Shown here: in pieces, positions 27,759 to 39,450 of the stretch
Layout of the letters: every line of letters starts with the position of its first letter
Numbering within the stretch: position 1 is the stretch's first letter
Origin: Dirinaria sp. TL-2023a
Lineage: Eukaryota
Assembly (NCBI GenBank): GCA_051941275.1
Contig: JAVEBF010000037.1
Coordinates: 1 to 41,805, forward strand
Length of the DNA stretch: 41,805 nt
Direction of reading: 5' to 3'
Position numbers and translations under genes: made by a program
Notes under the pieces: model-generated
Databases searched by the model: none
Seen by the model: the letters and a program-made list of their open reading frames with translations, nothing else
What the model was told of the DNA's origin: nothing

Positions 27759-29635
27759 CTATTGCTGGTAGCCTCCGCCGTACCCGGGTGACTGACCACC
27801 ATACGAGAAAAATGGGTCATCTTCCGGATATCGAGGAGAATACGCCGGAGAGTCGCCTCCAAAGCTAAAAGCGGACAAGGATCGGTTTTCGAAGGTCATC
27901 TCCTCCGGTAACGGTGAGCCCTCGATTAACCCAGAGTGTCGACGGGAACTCGGCGCACTGTACTGAAGGAAAGGGGACGCTGGCAGACTAAGGTCGTCCA
28001 AACTGTGTGTGGGCATCATCGAGAAGCTGCCGGGGAGCCCTGAGGGGTAGCCAGCAGGAGTCCCCGGAGCGAATCCAGGCGTGCCAGGTTGTGACCCAAG
28101 TGACAGGTGTTGAAAGCCGTAGGGACTCTGGGCGCCAGAAAGCTGCACCTGAGGCCCGCTCTGGCTTGTTGCACCTTCAAGCCTGAACCTCGTCAGCATC
28201 AAGCGCGCACACTGCATCAGCTCGTCCAAGTCTGCAGGGTTTTGGTTCCGCATACTCCGAGATGATTGCCGATATCTGAGCTTGCCATCGATTTGTTCTA
28301 TAGCATCGGCGGTCAAAGACCCAAGGGCAGCTCCGCCTAGCTCCGGGAATGCTGAGTCGACCGCCAGAGCGACGGCATATAAGTCAGCGAGGAGGACCAG
28401 ATCCGTGTCATCAATTCGGTCTGCATGCACAAGCGTGACAGGTAACCAGAACAGCCAAGATCGAAAGGGCTGTAGCTTCTCAAAGACTTGCTCGCTTCGC
28501 ATAGTCGTTCCAAGTGTCTGTATCTCTTTAGCGAATTCGGATACCTCGGCCATACAGTGGCGGAGTTGGTTATTTCGCGGTGCCGAGACTGACAGACTTT
28601 GCAGAGCATCCGCGGCAAGAAGTAAAGCTTCGTGGTCAAGGGGAAGAGCTGACGGTTGCATCGATGCTCCAGACAGAAATTTTGGATGAGTGTCGATGTA
28701 CAGGGCAAAGCGAGACGCGTTCTTCCAAGGGGCCATGTAATTCACTACCTGAACAGAGTCAGCCAGAATCAAAATCGATGTAGATGCTATTACTGTAGAA
28801 ATTCCGCGCATCAAGGATGTCCAATCTCCCCTAACATTGAACAATCAGCCAAGAGATCCTTCAACGCTGCAAAGCACCTTACCAGTCTGCAGCTTGCCAG
28901 GACAAGAGGATAGAAGCGGCTAGGACAGCATCCGAATTTTCCCTAGAGAAGTTCCCAATCGCTCCGTGTAGTCCTTTAAGAGCGACTCCACGATGGTAGT
29001 AGGCAAGGTTCTTGGTTTCCGTGGAATTGGTCAGCCAGGCCAAGTGCGTGGCCGAAAATGCCAAAATCGAGCTCATCACGAAGTCGTGCCCTTGCGCGGC
29101 ATCCAGGAAGCTATTGGGCTTGTTAAATCGTCCCTAGCAAACGCACTGGGCTCAGTGGACCTACTTGGGGATCTCGTTGGCCCACAGCGTACAGTGAATG
29201 AAGTCGATGCGCTGCATATCCTGATAAATACCCGAAACGTGATGAATCAAGCGCAAATCAATTGATGAGAGCCTGGCAAATTGATCGGCGGATTGGAGGC
29301 CAAGCGCTGCGAAAGGAAACACTCCGCTCTGCTGCCATGTTTCGACTTCGCGCTCGATCTCAGGTGTCCAAAGCAGATTGGGGACTTTGGTCGAAGACGA
29401 AGAAGACTCTTCAACGGCCGAAGGATTGTCCATATAGTCACAGCGACAGTTATGCTTGGTGCAGTTGCGGCTAGCTTGAGGTTAGCCCGGGAATCAAGTT
29501 TCAGCAGTTTTCAAGCCACAAATACCACTGAGGATAGATCTCGTCGCATCGGATATGCCTTCGTTTGCATGTCTTGCATCCTTTCCGTGACTTGGTGTGG
29601 CTTTTGCGAGGGGGCCCGCCACCGGGCCCCGCCAT
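27759..29635 (-). CDS. Zn(II)2Cys6 transcription factor with fungal-specific (Upc2-like/DUF3468-type) middle region, about 5 exons
   Basis: Exon 1 (29635-29526) is missed by the ORF track and reads MAGPGGGPPRKSHTKSRKGCKTCKRRHIRCDEIYPQ. After intron 29525-29471 it continues CRNCTKHNCRCDY, completing six Cys. Further introns 29164-29111, 28882-28831 and probably 28793-28749. Middle motif FVMSSILAFSATHLAW...DAVLAASILLSWQ. Confidence 0.92.
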
Positions 29636-30077
29636 GCTCCTGGATTGAGGCACGATTGGAGAATGGCCTCACTGTTCCGGGAAAGGAGTCTTGAGGCGAA
29701 AAATAGCCTGTGTTGTCCAGTTGGGAGCTGACGGTATACCGCTTAACCAAATAGCACCGACGCTGTTCACAGTCGTTACAGAGTCAGGAGAATCAGGAAC
29801 GTGATTATTTGACTGAAAGTTGAAGGGAGTCAGGAATGTGATTTTCCGATAGAAAGCTGAAGGGGGAAGAGGTTTATTTCGGAGCGAGTGAGAGTTGCAA
29901 GACGCAGGGAGATGGTATAGGGAATCACTGAACGAAAGGATCAAGATCTGGTATACTTGGACGATGCCTGTTGGCATAAGGAGAAGGCAACCAGGATCCA
30001 CTGTTAAACGAGCGTGGTCATGAGAAACTTGGCGAACGGAGCTGAATAAGAAGTTGGAAGGGAAGGATGATAAGGAT

Positions 30078-30113
30078 GTTGATGATGGTGATGGTGATGG
30101 TGATGGTGATGAT
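30078..30113. repeat. (GATGGT)n / (GAT)n microsatellite
   Basis: Read directly, upstream of the Zn2Cys6 gene. Confidence 0.85.
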
Positions 30114-30289
30114 ATCAGATTGAGAAGCTGAGGTGATCCACGGTCCAATAAGTAATAATGTATGCGTTTAGGGAGCCCCAATCGGTTGGCGTACAGAAGT
30201 CCTGCAGCGCACCGAACGGGTTTCGTCTCCTGAGGTTCGGTTGTGCAGTAATGACGAGTGGCCTCTTGCCTTCTTACTTTTTTCTCTCT

Positions 30290-30343
30290 GCTTCTTCTCC
30301 TTCTACTACTACTACTACTACTTCTTCTTCTTCTACTTTCTTC
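30290..30343. repeat. Compound (CTA)n(CTT)n microsatellite
   Basis: Read directly. It accounts for the poly-L and poly-T/S spurious ORFs here. Confidence 0.85.
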
Positions 30344-30799
30344 TCAAGCGTCAAAAATAGAAATTGAATGCGAGGTTGTTCATGTTTGGCATGATTATTG
30401 TCTTAGCTCCCTTCCGTCGGCGTGGTTCTCGGACAAGGTAGAGTAGACAATTGGACTAGGGGCTGGGATTAGGCAGGACGTGGGGATGGTGAAAGGATGG
30501 CTTGCCGTAGGGGTCCCGGCAGCAATTGCACCAGCAGAGTTTAGCCATCTGGTAAGTATGACATATTGGGGCGGCATAGCCTGTGCAACGACCGTAAGAA
30601 TACCTAAGGTAGCCTCGATTCGATAAAAAGAATACCTTAAGGGTATGGTCAGTAAGGTAAGGTAAGGTAGCCTCGCTGCGACATGACTTGAATCCTGTAA
30701 GGCAAGGTGTTGTAGGTGAGCTAAGAAAGTTTCGGGTATCTTGCTTACTCGTAGTAAGGGCGGTGGCAGTAGTAAATCTTACCTCAGGAGTAAGGTACG

Positions 30800-30855
30800 G
30801 TAGGTAGTAGTCGTAGTAGTACTACCCTACTACTACTACTGCTACTACTACTACC
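30800..30855. repeat. Opposed (GTA)n/(CTA)n tracts forming an imperfect inverted repeat
   Basis: gtagtagtcgtagtagt followed by actaccctactactactactgctactactactac. Central palindrome GTAGTACTAC at 30816-30825. Confidence 0.75.
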
Positions 30856-33844
30856 GCCCGTCGGTAGAGTTCAAGCGCACGTGATGTCGCAGCCTGCCGG
30901 ACCGGCAGGTTGGACCTGGGCCACCCTGCCCTGGCACACTACCTTACCTCTCGTACCTTAGGTACTAACCCACCTGAAGGTAGTAAGGTACTGGGCCCGC
31001 TTGGCCGGTTGGTAATGTTGCATGCCTTAGTGCGCCCAGAGGTACCTTGGCACCTTGCCTTACCTTAAGAGATGGTTCGACCAACGTCCAGGGCAAGCAG
31101 CATCGAACAGACTATCCTAAGGAAGCAATTACTCAATAAAGTCCAGCCTCGTACAAGCAAAATGGAAAGCCAACCTGCCTCAGGTCAGGTCACTTACGGT
31201 AAGCATGAGATCACAAGCAGAGCAGCATAGCCCACGATGTAATCGGTTAAAGTGGTACAATGAAGCGGCTGACACTCGGTCTATTCGTATTCGACTCTTT
31301 TCGATCAGTATGTACAGTCGCAAGCGACCAATTACTGGTCATAGGTGGCTTCTTGTCCTCATCCACAATCCATCTCGATGCACAATGGCGCCTGTCTTGC
31401 ACGCAACACGGCATTAGGCACGTGGGATGACAGCTGTTGACACAGCAAACATGCTTTTGCCATGACAGATATAATTAACTCTCGGATTTTGATCGCTGTA
31501 CAATGCTCGAGCCAATATACTGCTGTCCGTACCACCACCATCGCGACTCGTATCGATATTATGTGACAATGATCACAGATCTTTCGAGAGACTAAGCTTC
31601 AATAACTCAAAGAATACGCCCTCTCCGGTCGCTGAACACTGAGGCAGACTGTGTTTCTTCGACCGTATTCACTGCGTCCGTCCCCCGTTGGTGTCGTCAC
31701 TAAGTAGTGTGCGTTGTGACACACGAGCAGAGAAATCCGAAGGTCGCGACAAGCCAGAAAAGCATATTTTTCATTGGCGATTCGTCCTCTCCAATCGCAA
31801 GCAAAATGTGTAAAATGTCCATGTACGGTACTTTAATCCAAGTAGAGACTAGCTTCAAGCCAGGCATGGGTCTTGGCGCCAGTGTCGGTCCTGTACAGCC
31901 TCAACGTCAACGCTACTGAGGTACTTTATTCTATTTATTATTCCAGCTCGAGCGCCGAGAAGAAAATCTAGGGAAATCGTTGATTCGGTACTACTGAACG
32001 TCATGCAGGTTACATTTCCCATTCGTCCACTACTGACGATTGCGAAAACCCATCCCTTGCACCCGCCAAAATCCAGATGGGGGTTCGCTAGGTATGCAAG
32101 TAGCAATGGAAAAGGAACACGAAGTGTAGTCAGATGCTCACCTTATCGATAACTTTGTCGGCAGGCGTTTTGCATTTGCCAGCATTCGGTCAGAGCCAAT
32201 TTATGGCTAAATTACTGGCGCGCCATCTGCTGTCATCCATTCTAAGGTAGAAACCATCCGACTGAGCGATACCTAAAAAAAGATTCGCGGGTTCCTTGTG
32301 CACCACATGCGGCTTGAAGACCGTGTCCTCGCATAGTCTTGAGCGCGAACACAGCGCTCATCGGGTCCAGCATCTCTGACGATTCTCATCATTGCACCGG
32401 ACTTTCCGCACCGTCCGATGGGTCGCGGGTTTTTACTGTGTTGCCGCCAAGCAACTACTTACATACCACGTGTTGCGGCTCTCGACCCAGGACAGGCCAG
32501 TGTAGTACTTTAAATGCCCTACCGACCTAAGCTGAAATGATACAGACTCGCAATGAGACCGTTAGACGTAAAGTAGAATATGTAGTGAAGACCAATTCGA
32601 TGATACGCATATCATCGTTGTAAGATTACTGTCCTGTGGAGCACGACCGAAGGGATCGAGGAGGGTAACCGCCCAGCCGCCCTGAGGTACCTTAGTCAAA
32701 TCAACGGTACATGTAATCAGACGGCTTTCTGTCATGAAAGCCATCATCGATTTCCATTGTCCGGGAAATTCCCAATGGTTTTGGAGTACCTACAGTAGCT
32801 CTGTTCTGCACTTTTCCGCGCTGCATGGTGGGGTAAAAATAGATGGAAAACGCCGTGACGCCATGGCGCGAACCGATGCATGATGAAGTCAAGTATCGAA
32901 GTGCAAATCCCGAGGGTCAATTAACCAGGCACTATCTTACTACCCATTACCGTAACGCTACGGCAAAACGCAAGCCAACCAAAGCACCTCAAGCGGTTCT
33001 ACTGCTGATCGTTTGGCGGTACACTAGTAATACTGCCTAAGTGAGATAAGCAGATACCTTAGGTGTACGAAAGTAATACTTCGCGTGTGCTGTGAAGTAC
33101 GAGTACCTAGTCATAAATTGTTCACGTGGTATTCTGCGTCTCGTCTGGGGGCATGTGCCTGTCTGACGAGCCCTGCCTCTCTCTCACTCCGCTGCAGTTC
33201 CTACTCTTATTATTCCAAGTCACGCCCGTGTAAGGAAACAAGGTCAACGCATGCTTCTTTGCTATCGAATAAGCGTGAGAATAGCTTTTCCGTCCTACGT
33301 AGAAGCACCCCCAAGCGAAGATGATTAAGGTACGTTCATCATCGCGTCAGTGGCGCTTGTTCTTCCCCTACTTAATTCCAACTCGTATACCATTCACGGC
33401 CTTCCGGATCGAACCGGCCTGTGATGGTCTTCAGAGATCGTGGGTGTGTCTGTTCCATCATTGATTACTCACTACAGCCGCCATTACTGTGCCTATCCAC
33501 TCCATCTTGCCCAAATAGATGTCTTAGTCACAACTAATCCGTGTTGTGTGCTCCGTCTCCGGAGGTGGACGCCAAGCTCTTAACGCTATGCACCAAAGCC
33601 TGAATTTGCTAAACAGGGCAATGCTCAGAGTTGGAATCTCCCGAATGCCATCCTTCCAGTTTCTGTCCTTCAAAAAGGTACCCATGTTTGTGCCACGCGC
33701 AGAGCGACCACGACCAAGCATTAAGACCTGATTTAATAAAGCAACAAGTGAGCGATGTCCCGTTCCTTCAGCTCACAGTACCGGGTTTCTGAATGCTGCA
33801 AGTACGGAACTCATCAATTTCCTTATTGATTTGTTTGAGCTCCT

Positions 33845-36804
33845 TCAAAGGTTGTATTTTGTCTGCAGCTTCTGTTGCTCCGATGAGGGTAGTTGGGCAA
33901 TGAAGGCTTCGAAGTTCGGGATGAGAGCCTTGTATCCGATGAGATTCTTCATGGTAATGATTAGCTAGCACTGAGAAGGTAGCTGTCGTTTATCGACTTA
34001 CCCTGCGGAAAGACTCCTCGATAATATGCTGGTCGACTTTGGCTTTGGACCCGGCTGCGCATGCCTTGAAATAGTCAAGTAAGCAAGTCTCCATTGCCCG
34101 CGGATTCTTTTCTACGGTTAGGTTGAACCCCAAAATAGCACCTCCCTTCTCGTCAGTATCGTCAATGGGCCTAGTGATACGCAAAAAAGGCTGCGCGAAT
34201 TCTCCCAAGCGAGGAGCCAACGCGTCAGAACAGCCTACACCAAGGCGGCCAAGAGCGATAGCTGCATTTTCATGCACGGAAATTGGTATCTCAGGGTTAG
34301 TGATAATGGCCATGAAGCGGTAGTAAAGCTGTTCTACATGTGGAGCCATCCCTGCCACTTCTTTCATGGCAATCTCACCACATGACCAACAAGCATTGTT
34401 AATAACACCAAAACCCGTGTCGATATCCTCATCTTGCACAGAATCCAGATCCAACTGCTTGATTAACATTGGGAACACGGACTCGAGGAAGGGCTGGAGC
34501 TCGGCGAAAACTTTGACGGCGCAGTCGCCAAGCAAGGCGTATGACGATTGTCGCACATCATTGCTTGGATCTTCCATACAGAACATGAGTAATTCGAAGA
34601 AGTTCGGCTGCGACGACGTTACAAGCTCTTTGCTTCTTCGTGCATCCAATGCTTGAATCACTGCACTGAGCAAGTCGAGACTTGTGACTAAAAAATCTTT
34701 GTTTGGTTTATCCATTCCCTCGTACTTGGCTGCTAGTACGTATGCTTCGAGGTTCTGGTGGATAATGCTGATGCATCGATTGAACACCGGGACCGCGAAC
34801 GGGTCGAAAAAGCCGCCCAATGCCGTAGCCACATAAGAGAGGCATTCTAGCATAGGGAATAGCTCCTGAGCCTGGTCGGAGACTTTGTTCCAACGTTCTA
34901 TGATTGCTGGCATTAAGAAATTAATCGTCTCAGGTCTTGCTAATGCAGGGCCCACGTGCTCCGCCAGTGTCTGTACGCAATCATAGAGGACGAGCATATT
35001 TCGATCTTTATAACGCTGGAAGCATTGTACAAACCTGTGTATAATTGGCGCGCAGTAGGGCGTGAGTTCGGAGGCGGCTTTCTCTTCCAGACTCGCGAAA
35101 GCGGATACAGCAGACTGCTGAACTCTCTTGTTCTTATCGAGCATGCGGTTGAGGATTCCTTCTATCATTGGCTCAAAGTAGCGCTTCTTCTCGTCGGAAT
35201 CTTGCAAATGGGAAGCCCAGTATGAGTACCGGCCAAGAGACCAACATGTAATTACTCTCACGACCGCTTCCTCGTCACTTAGCAAGGAAATGAGGTAGGG
35301 TATAAGCTCTGGCAGATGTGGCGTGACCGCCTCCATACATCCATCCGCCACAGCCCCTATTGCAAGTACAGCTGCTTCCCTGTAAGGCCAGTCATGATGT
35401 GGTAAGTTATCCTTGAGATATGGCAAAGTCATGGCAAAAACTGGCTGATGAAAATTCGAGGCTAGTACGTCGAGTGTCGCCGCTGAGCATTTGCGCAAGT
35501 TCCAGTTCTCTTCTACGTCAGCTCCGTCATCGTATTCATCAATTTCACCCTCGCTAAGGTCGTCATCGTCGTCCTCTGGCACCATTGCCTTCGGTTTTGA
35601 CGATTCTGAGGAATTGACCTCTGGATCAGCATGTTGACCATTTGTAGCCGCTCGTAAATTCTTAGCCTTTGCGAATTGTGGCTTTAAGTCTTCGGCTCTG
35701 TCCTCTTGGTTTGCGTCATCAGGGTCACCTTCCAGGCGTATTATGTCTTCTTCATCGTAAACCATACTTTCCAGAAGCACTGGAACGATTTTGTGCAAGT
35801 AAGGCCCTAGAGTGTGGCACATATGATTGTTTTCGCCAACGCAGAGCCAAAATTCTGCCGCCTCCAACGCCAGCTCGGGATCCTCAGCGTTACGTTGTTG
35901 TTGTAAGAGCATGTAGTCTACTAAACCTTCCATATGTGGCTGGAGTTTCTCGGGTATGACATCAACAAGTTGGACGAATGAATGGCATACATTCTTCCTC
36001 ACGTTGCTGCTTGCATCGTTCGCGAGCTGGAACAAATGTGCCAACAGTTTTTCCAGCGACATCATGATTGTCGGCGACTTCTCCGGAATGAAATAATTGA
36101 GACTGGCAATTGCAGAGGCTCGCACCCCAGGCAGCTGACTGGACATCATCCCGAGTAGTCTGGGGAAAATAAAATCCAAAGGCTGTTGCCCTTGATATTC
36201 TTTACCCAGGACCTTCTTGTTATCTTCGCAGACTTTCAGTAGAGCATTGCTTGCACCTTCCTGCGCCGCTGCAGAGGTGCGGCCGTTGTCGTTGCTGGCG
36301 AGCGAAAGAAGCTCGGGAAGCAGTGTCGGCCAGCCAAGGATACCTCCGCGTTGCACTACCTCTGTAACCACGCTTCCTGCGACATTTCTTATCGACACAC
36401 TAGGGTCCTGAAGACAAGTAAGCGCCGAAACTTGAATATAACTCCGAGCCGCCCCTGTCATTGATTTGTAGGAAGACCTGACGCAATTTTTTAGATTAAG
36501 ACCGGCCGATGTACGGATAAGGACAAGCTCATCAGACTTGATATCGAGCTTCTGGAGTTGATGGCCCGCTACGAAGATATGGGTCAAGTAACTGGAAAAA
36601 TCGGGAGAAGGTTTCGCTTGAGTCAGCATCTATGTCAGTATATGTCAGCCACTTTCGGTATTAATACCCGCTTGGCACTGATTCTGTGAGAGTTAGGCAT
36701 ACCAAGGTAGCTCTTTTCTGGGCATCGTTGTCCCGAGCGCTGAGTGCATCCCTAAGATAGCCTGCCAGCTGCCGTAAAGTCTCTTCGTCCGGCTGCCAAG
36801 CCAT
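33845..36804 (-). CDS. KAP104: Transportin / importin beta-2, 3 exons
   Basis: MAWQPDEETLRQL start. HEAT-repeat protein with ALEAAEFW, acidic H8 loop (DRAEDLKPQF...DDDDLSEGEIDE), WNLRKCSAATLD, REAAVLAIGAVADGC and NNACWSCGEIA. Exons 36804-36703, 36629-34002, 33946-33845 (ends LQTKYNL*). Confidence 0.95.
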
Positions 36805-37551
36805 GGTTCTAGACTGTGTACCGACGACCAGGTATGCCAAATTCTTTGAAGGATCTGTGCACGAACACGTTACGCCGAGAGTCGTAACTCGTTCGTTCGT
36901 TTACTCTCCTGACGTTGAAGGCACGCTTTACGTGTCTCTGCTCTTGTCTTCGTGCTGGTCCTCTCTGACGATTTAGATACCGATCTGGTAGCCGACTATA
37001 TCTTCAACAGAGTGCTACACCGTCCAGCAACAAGTAAGGCCTGTGGATGGATCATGAGTATGCCGATCGGCCAGGGATCTCCAAGGGCCGCCCGTGCTAA
37101 TTTTGAGCTCCAACAAGCGGTCTTTGATACTCCACGCAGGGAGCGATGAGCTGCGAATGCTAGATACTAGGGTCCTTGGAGTATGCGTAGAGAAATCGTC
37201 GTTATTTATGTCAGATATGATGCTTAGTGGACGAGGCGGAAAGACGAGGTCAGCTCCTCAACATAGCTCCCCAAGTACATATGTCGTTGCTGCATCAATA
37301 GAGCTGTGCCAATGATGTCGGATTCGGAATCATGGCCTTATCAACTTCATCCCATTGAAGGTATCGAAAGTAGAAGTAGAGATTTTCGTGTGCTTGATTG
37401 ATGCCTTAGACTCAACAAAAGGCTTATTAGATTGCATGTTGAGATTGTCAGTTGAAATTTCGCGAATGATACAGCCTCGGCACGGGCTTATACTGTAAAA
37501 TACAGCGTCCCATTCTAACCGGCGCACCCCCTAGTCGCTTTGCTCCTAAGA

Positions 37552-37612
37552 TACCTTAAGGTACCTTACCTGCATGTACCTTACCTACCTTACCTACATG
37601 TACCTTACCTAC
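37552..37612. repeat. TACCTT cluster with direct repeat CATGTACCTTACCTAC x2 and palindrome TACCTTAAGGTA
   Basis: Palindrome at 37552-37563. Direct repeats at 37573-37588 and 37597-37612. Lies upstream of transportin. Confidence 0.8.
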
Positions 37613-39450
37613 TTTGCCACACCATAAGGTTCAGGTGTGTAGGTAGGTAGCACAGGTAAGTACTGTAAATATCTCAAATTGCAGTTTGCTTTCTAAGGTA
37701 AGTTAACGACAAGAAATCAATGTCGGCATGTACAGTGAACACGGAGAGAATGCTCCATCTATGTTGCCAAATACCCACTTAGCGCAGCCCTCAAATTTCA
37801 TGACTAACATTGAGTCACTACCTTACCTAATCCTGTGCCACATCTTTGCCGCGCTCATAAAGCCGTTTGTCAATGGCCAGAACGACATCCGCTGAGCGAC
37901 AATCCTTCATACTTCCTATGGTTTCATGTATCAGCTGAAATTTCCATTCGCAAGCAATCCTACTTGCTCTTGGTTGAGATGGAGTCTTGCCGATCACAGA
38001 ATTTAGTATGATACCCCCCGAAGGCTTGAAGTGACCGTGCTAGTAGGCTCAGTAGCAGGATCATTTAAAGTCTGTCACACCTCTCCTTGAACATGGCACA
38101 CTTGCCCACGCAGTCGTTGAGCGAGGAATTGATTGCGTCTTGGGTATCCACTAGCACTGTTGAGGTGGACTCAAGTAAAGGTTTCTTTGAAATTTAAGGG
38201 TCTTCGGCCTCCTTCGCCCTTCATGTGTGGGTCTTCCTTTCCTGTCTCTTCCGTTAATTCTGTTCTTTTCCCTCATTCTTCCTTCCCTTCCCTACTTGTT
38301 TCGCTTCTTTTACATATCTCCTGGTTTCTGTTGTGTTCACATAGTTTAGAATCTCTTCATCTCTTCCTTCGATAAAATAAGATTGAGGGTCTGCGAAGCG
38401 AGTAGTCTTTCAAAAGCTCGAGATGATATTGGATTGTCTATGCCTAGCCTGCCGGAACGGCTGCGAACCCATCGCAAGCTCTACTCCTGAGGGCTGGCAG
38501 GTAATATACCGTCCGGCTCGCTGATCCCTCACGAGTGTCCGTGACTAGATTGTCATCGAGTCGTTGAATAGTGTCGGCAGCTTCGAGGTCATCATTGTTA
38601 CTGTAGAGCCCCACGAGTACATGATAGTTATGAGTCCCCAGTGGCAAGAGTGAGCAGATCTATCCTGCGGAAAGCCTAGTGACCTAGTGCTTTGGGAATC
38701 TCCGATCGACGTGTGCCAGAAGCCACTTTTTTAGCTTATGCGGCGTGGTTCGAATCAAATTACATGCGTCTTAGGACTAGCCTAAACCAAGTTTCATTTT
38801 CCGCCGCAAAAGGATCCCCACTGCCGCTATTATGGACCAAATGGTCATGCAAGTCGCCTCTCCTGAACGGCGTATAGGCCAGTCCCAAGCGCCTGAAATG
38901 ACCGCTGCTGCATGTCTGAAAACCTTCATGCAGTCGGTTCAGGATCCTTGACGCGCATTTACGAAAGCTATCCGCGTCTAGGCCCTGGTTTTATGCAAGC
39001 AGTATCCTTTGTTCTCCGATATTTCCTGTGTTGAACTGATTGAGGATGCTCAACCTGCACGGCATAGTCGCTCCATGCTGAGAGTAGAGGACTTACTGAT
39101 ACGAAACCGGCTAGCATGACCGGCTTCGATTGCAGGTGGAGAGTTTACAGCTCCGACTACGCGTGGAGGTTTTGTGGGCCCTACACTTCAGCTCCGTGAA
39201 GCTCGGCTCCTACCAGTTGGCTGTGTTACATACAACAGGAGCTCGCAGCTAGGGCCACTTCTCTCAAATTATTCTTAACCCCGATCTAGTTATTCACTAA
39301 ATCCGACTTCAAAGCTACTTAAAGTCTCGAGTCCACAGTTGTTTCTAAATCATTATTCTTATTATCTGTCCCTCCTAGCGATCAACTGGGTTTTCTTCTT
39401 ATCGTAATCTATACCATATATCATAGAATCACACTGCTGGTTATCCGCAA

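Noticed and set aside
27759..29433. Apparent Zn2Cys6-less transcription factor in the ORF track
   Set aside because: The zinc cluster is present, split by intron 29525-29471 with a short first exon.
30158..30446. Poly-Thr/Ser and poly-Leu ORFs
   Set aside because: These are translations of the (CTA)/(CTT) microsatellite.
33395..33425. GGTTCGATCC tRNA T-loop-like motif on the minus strand (also GGTTCGAATC near 38747)
   Set aside because: No proper 5-bp T stem with 7-nt loop, and no acceptor stem or D arm.
38100..38647. Minus-strand E/K-rich interrupted frame / CT-rich tract as a pseudogene
   Set aside because: Stop density is close to random and the composition is explained by the pyrimidine tract. 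No recognisable homology.
39228..39260. ACATACAACAG resembling the reverse-complement end of fungal 5S rRNA
   Set aside because: Similarity ends after ~11 nt and the rest of the 5S sequence is absent.
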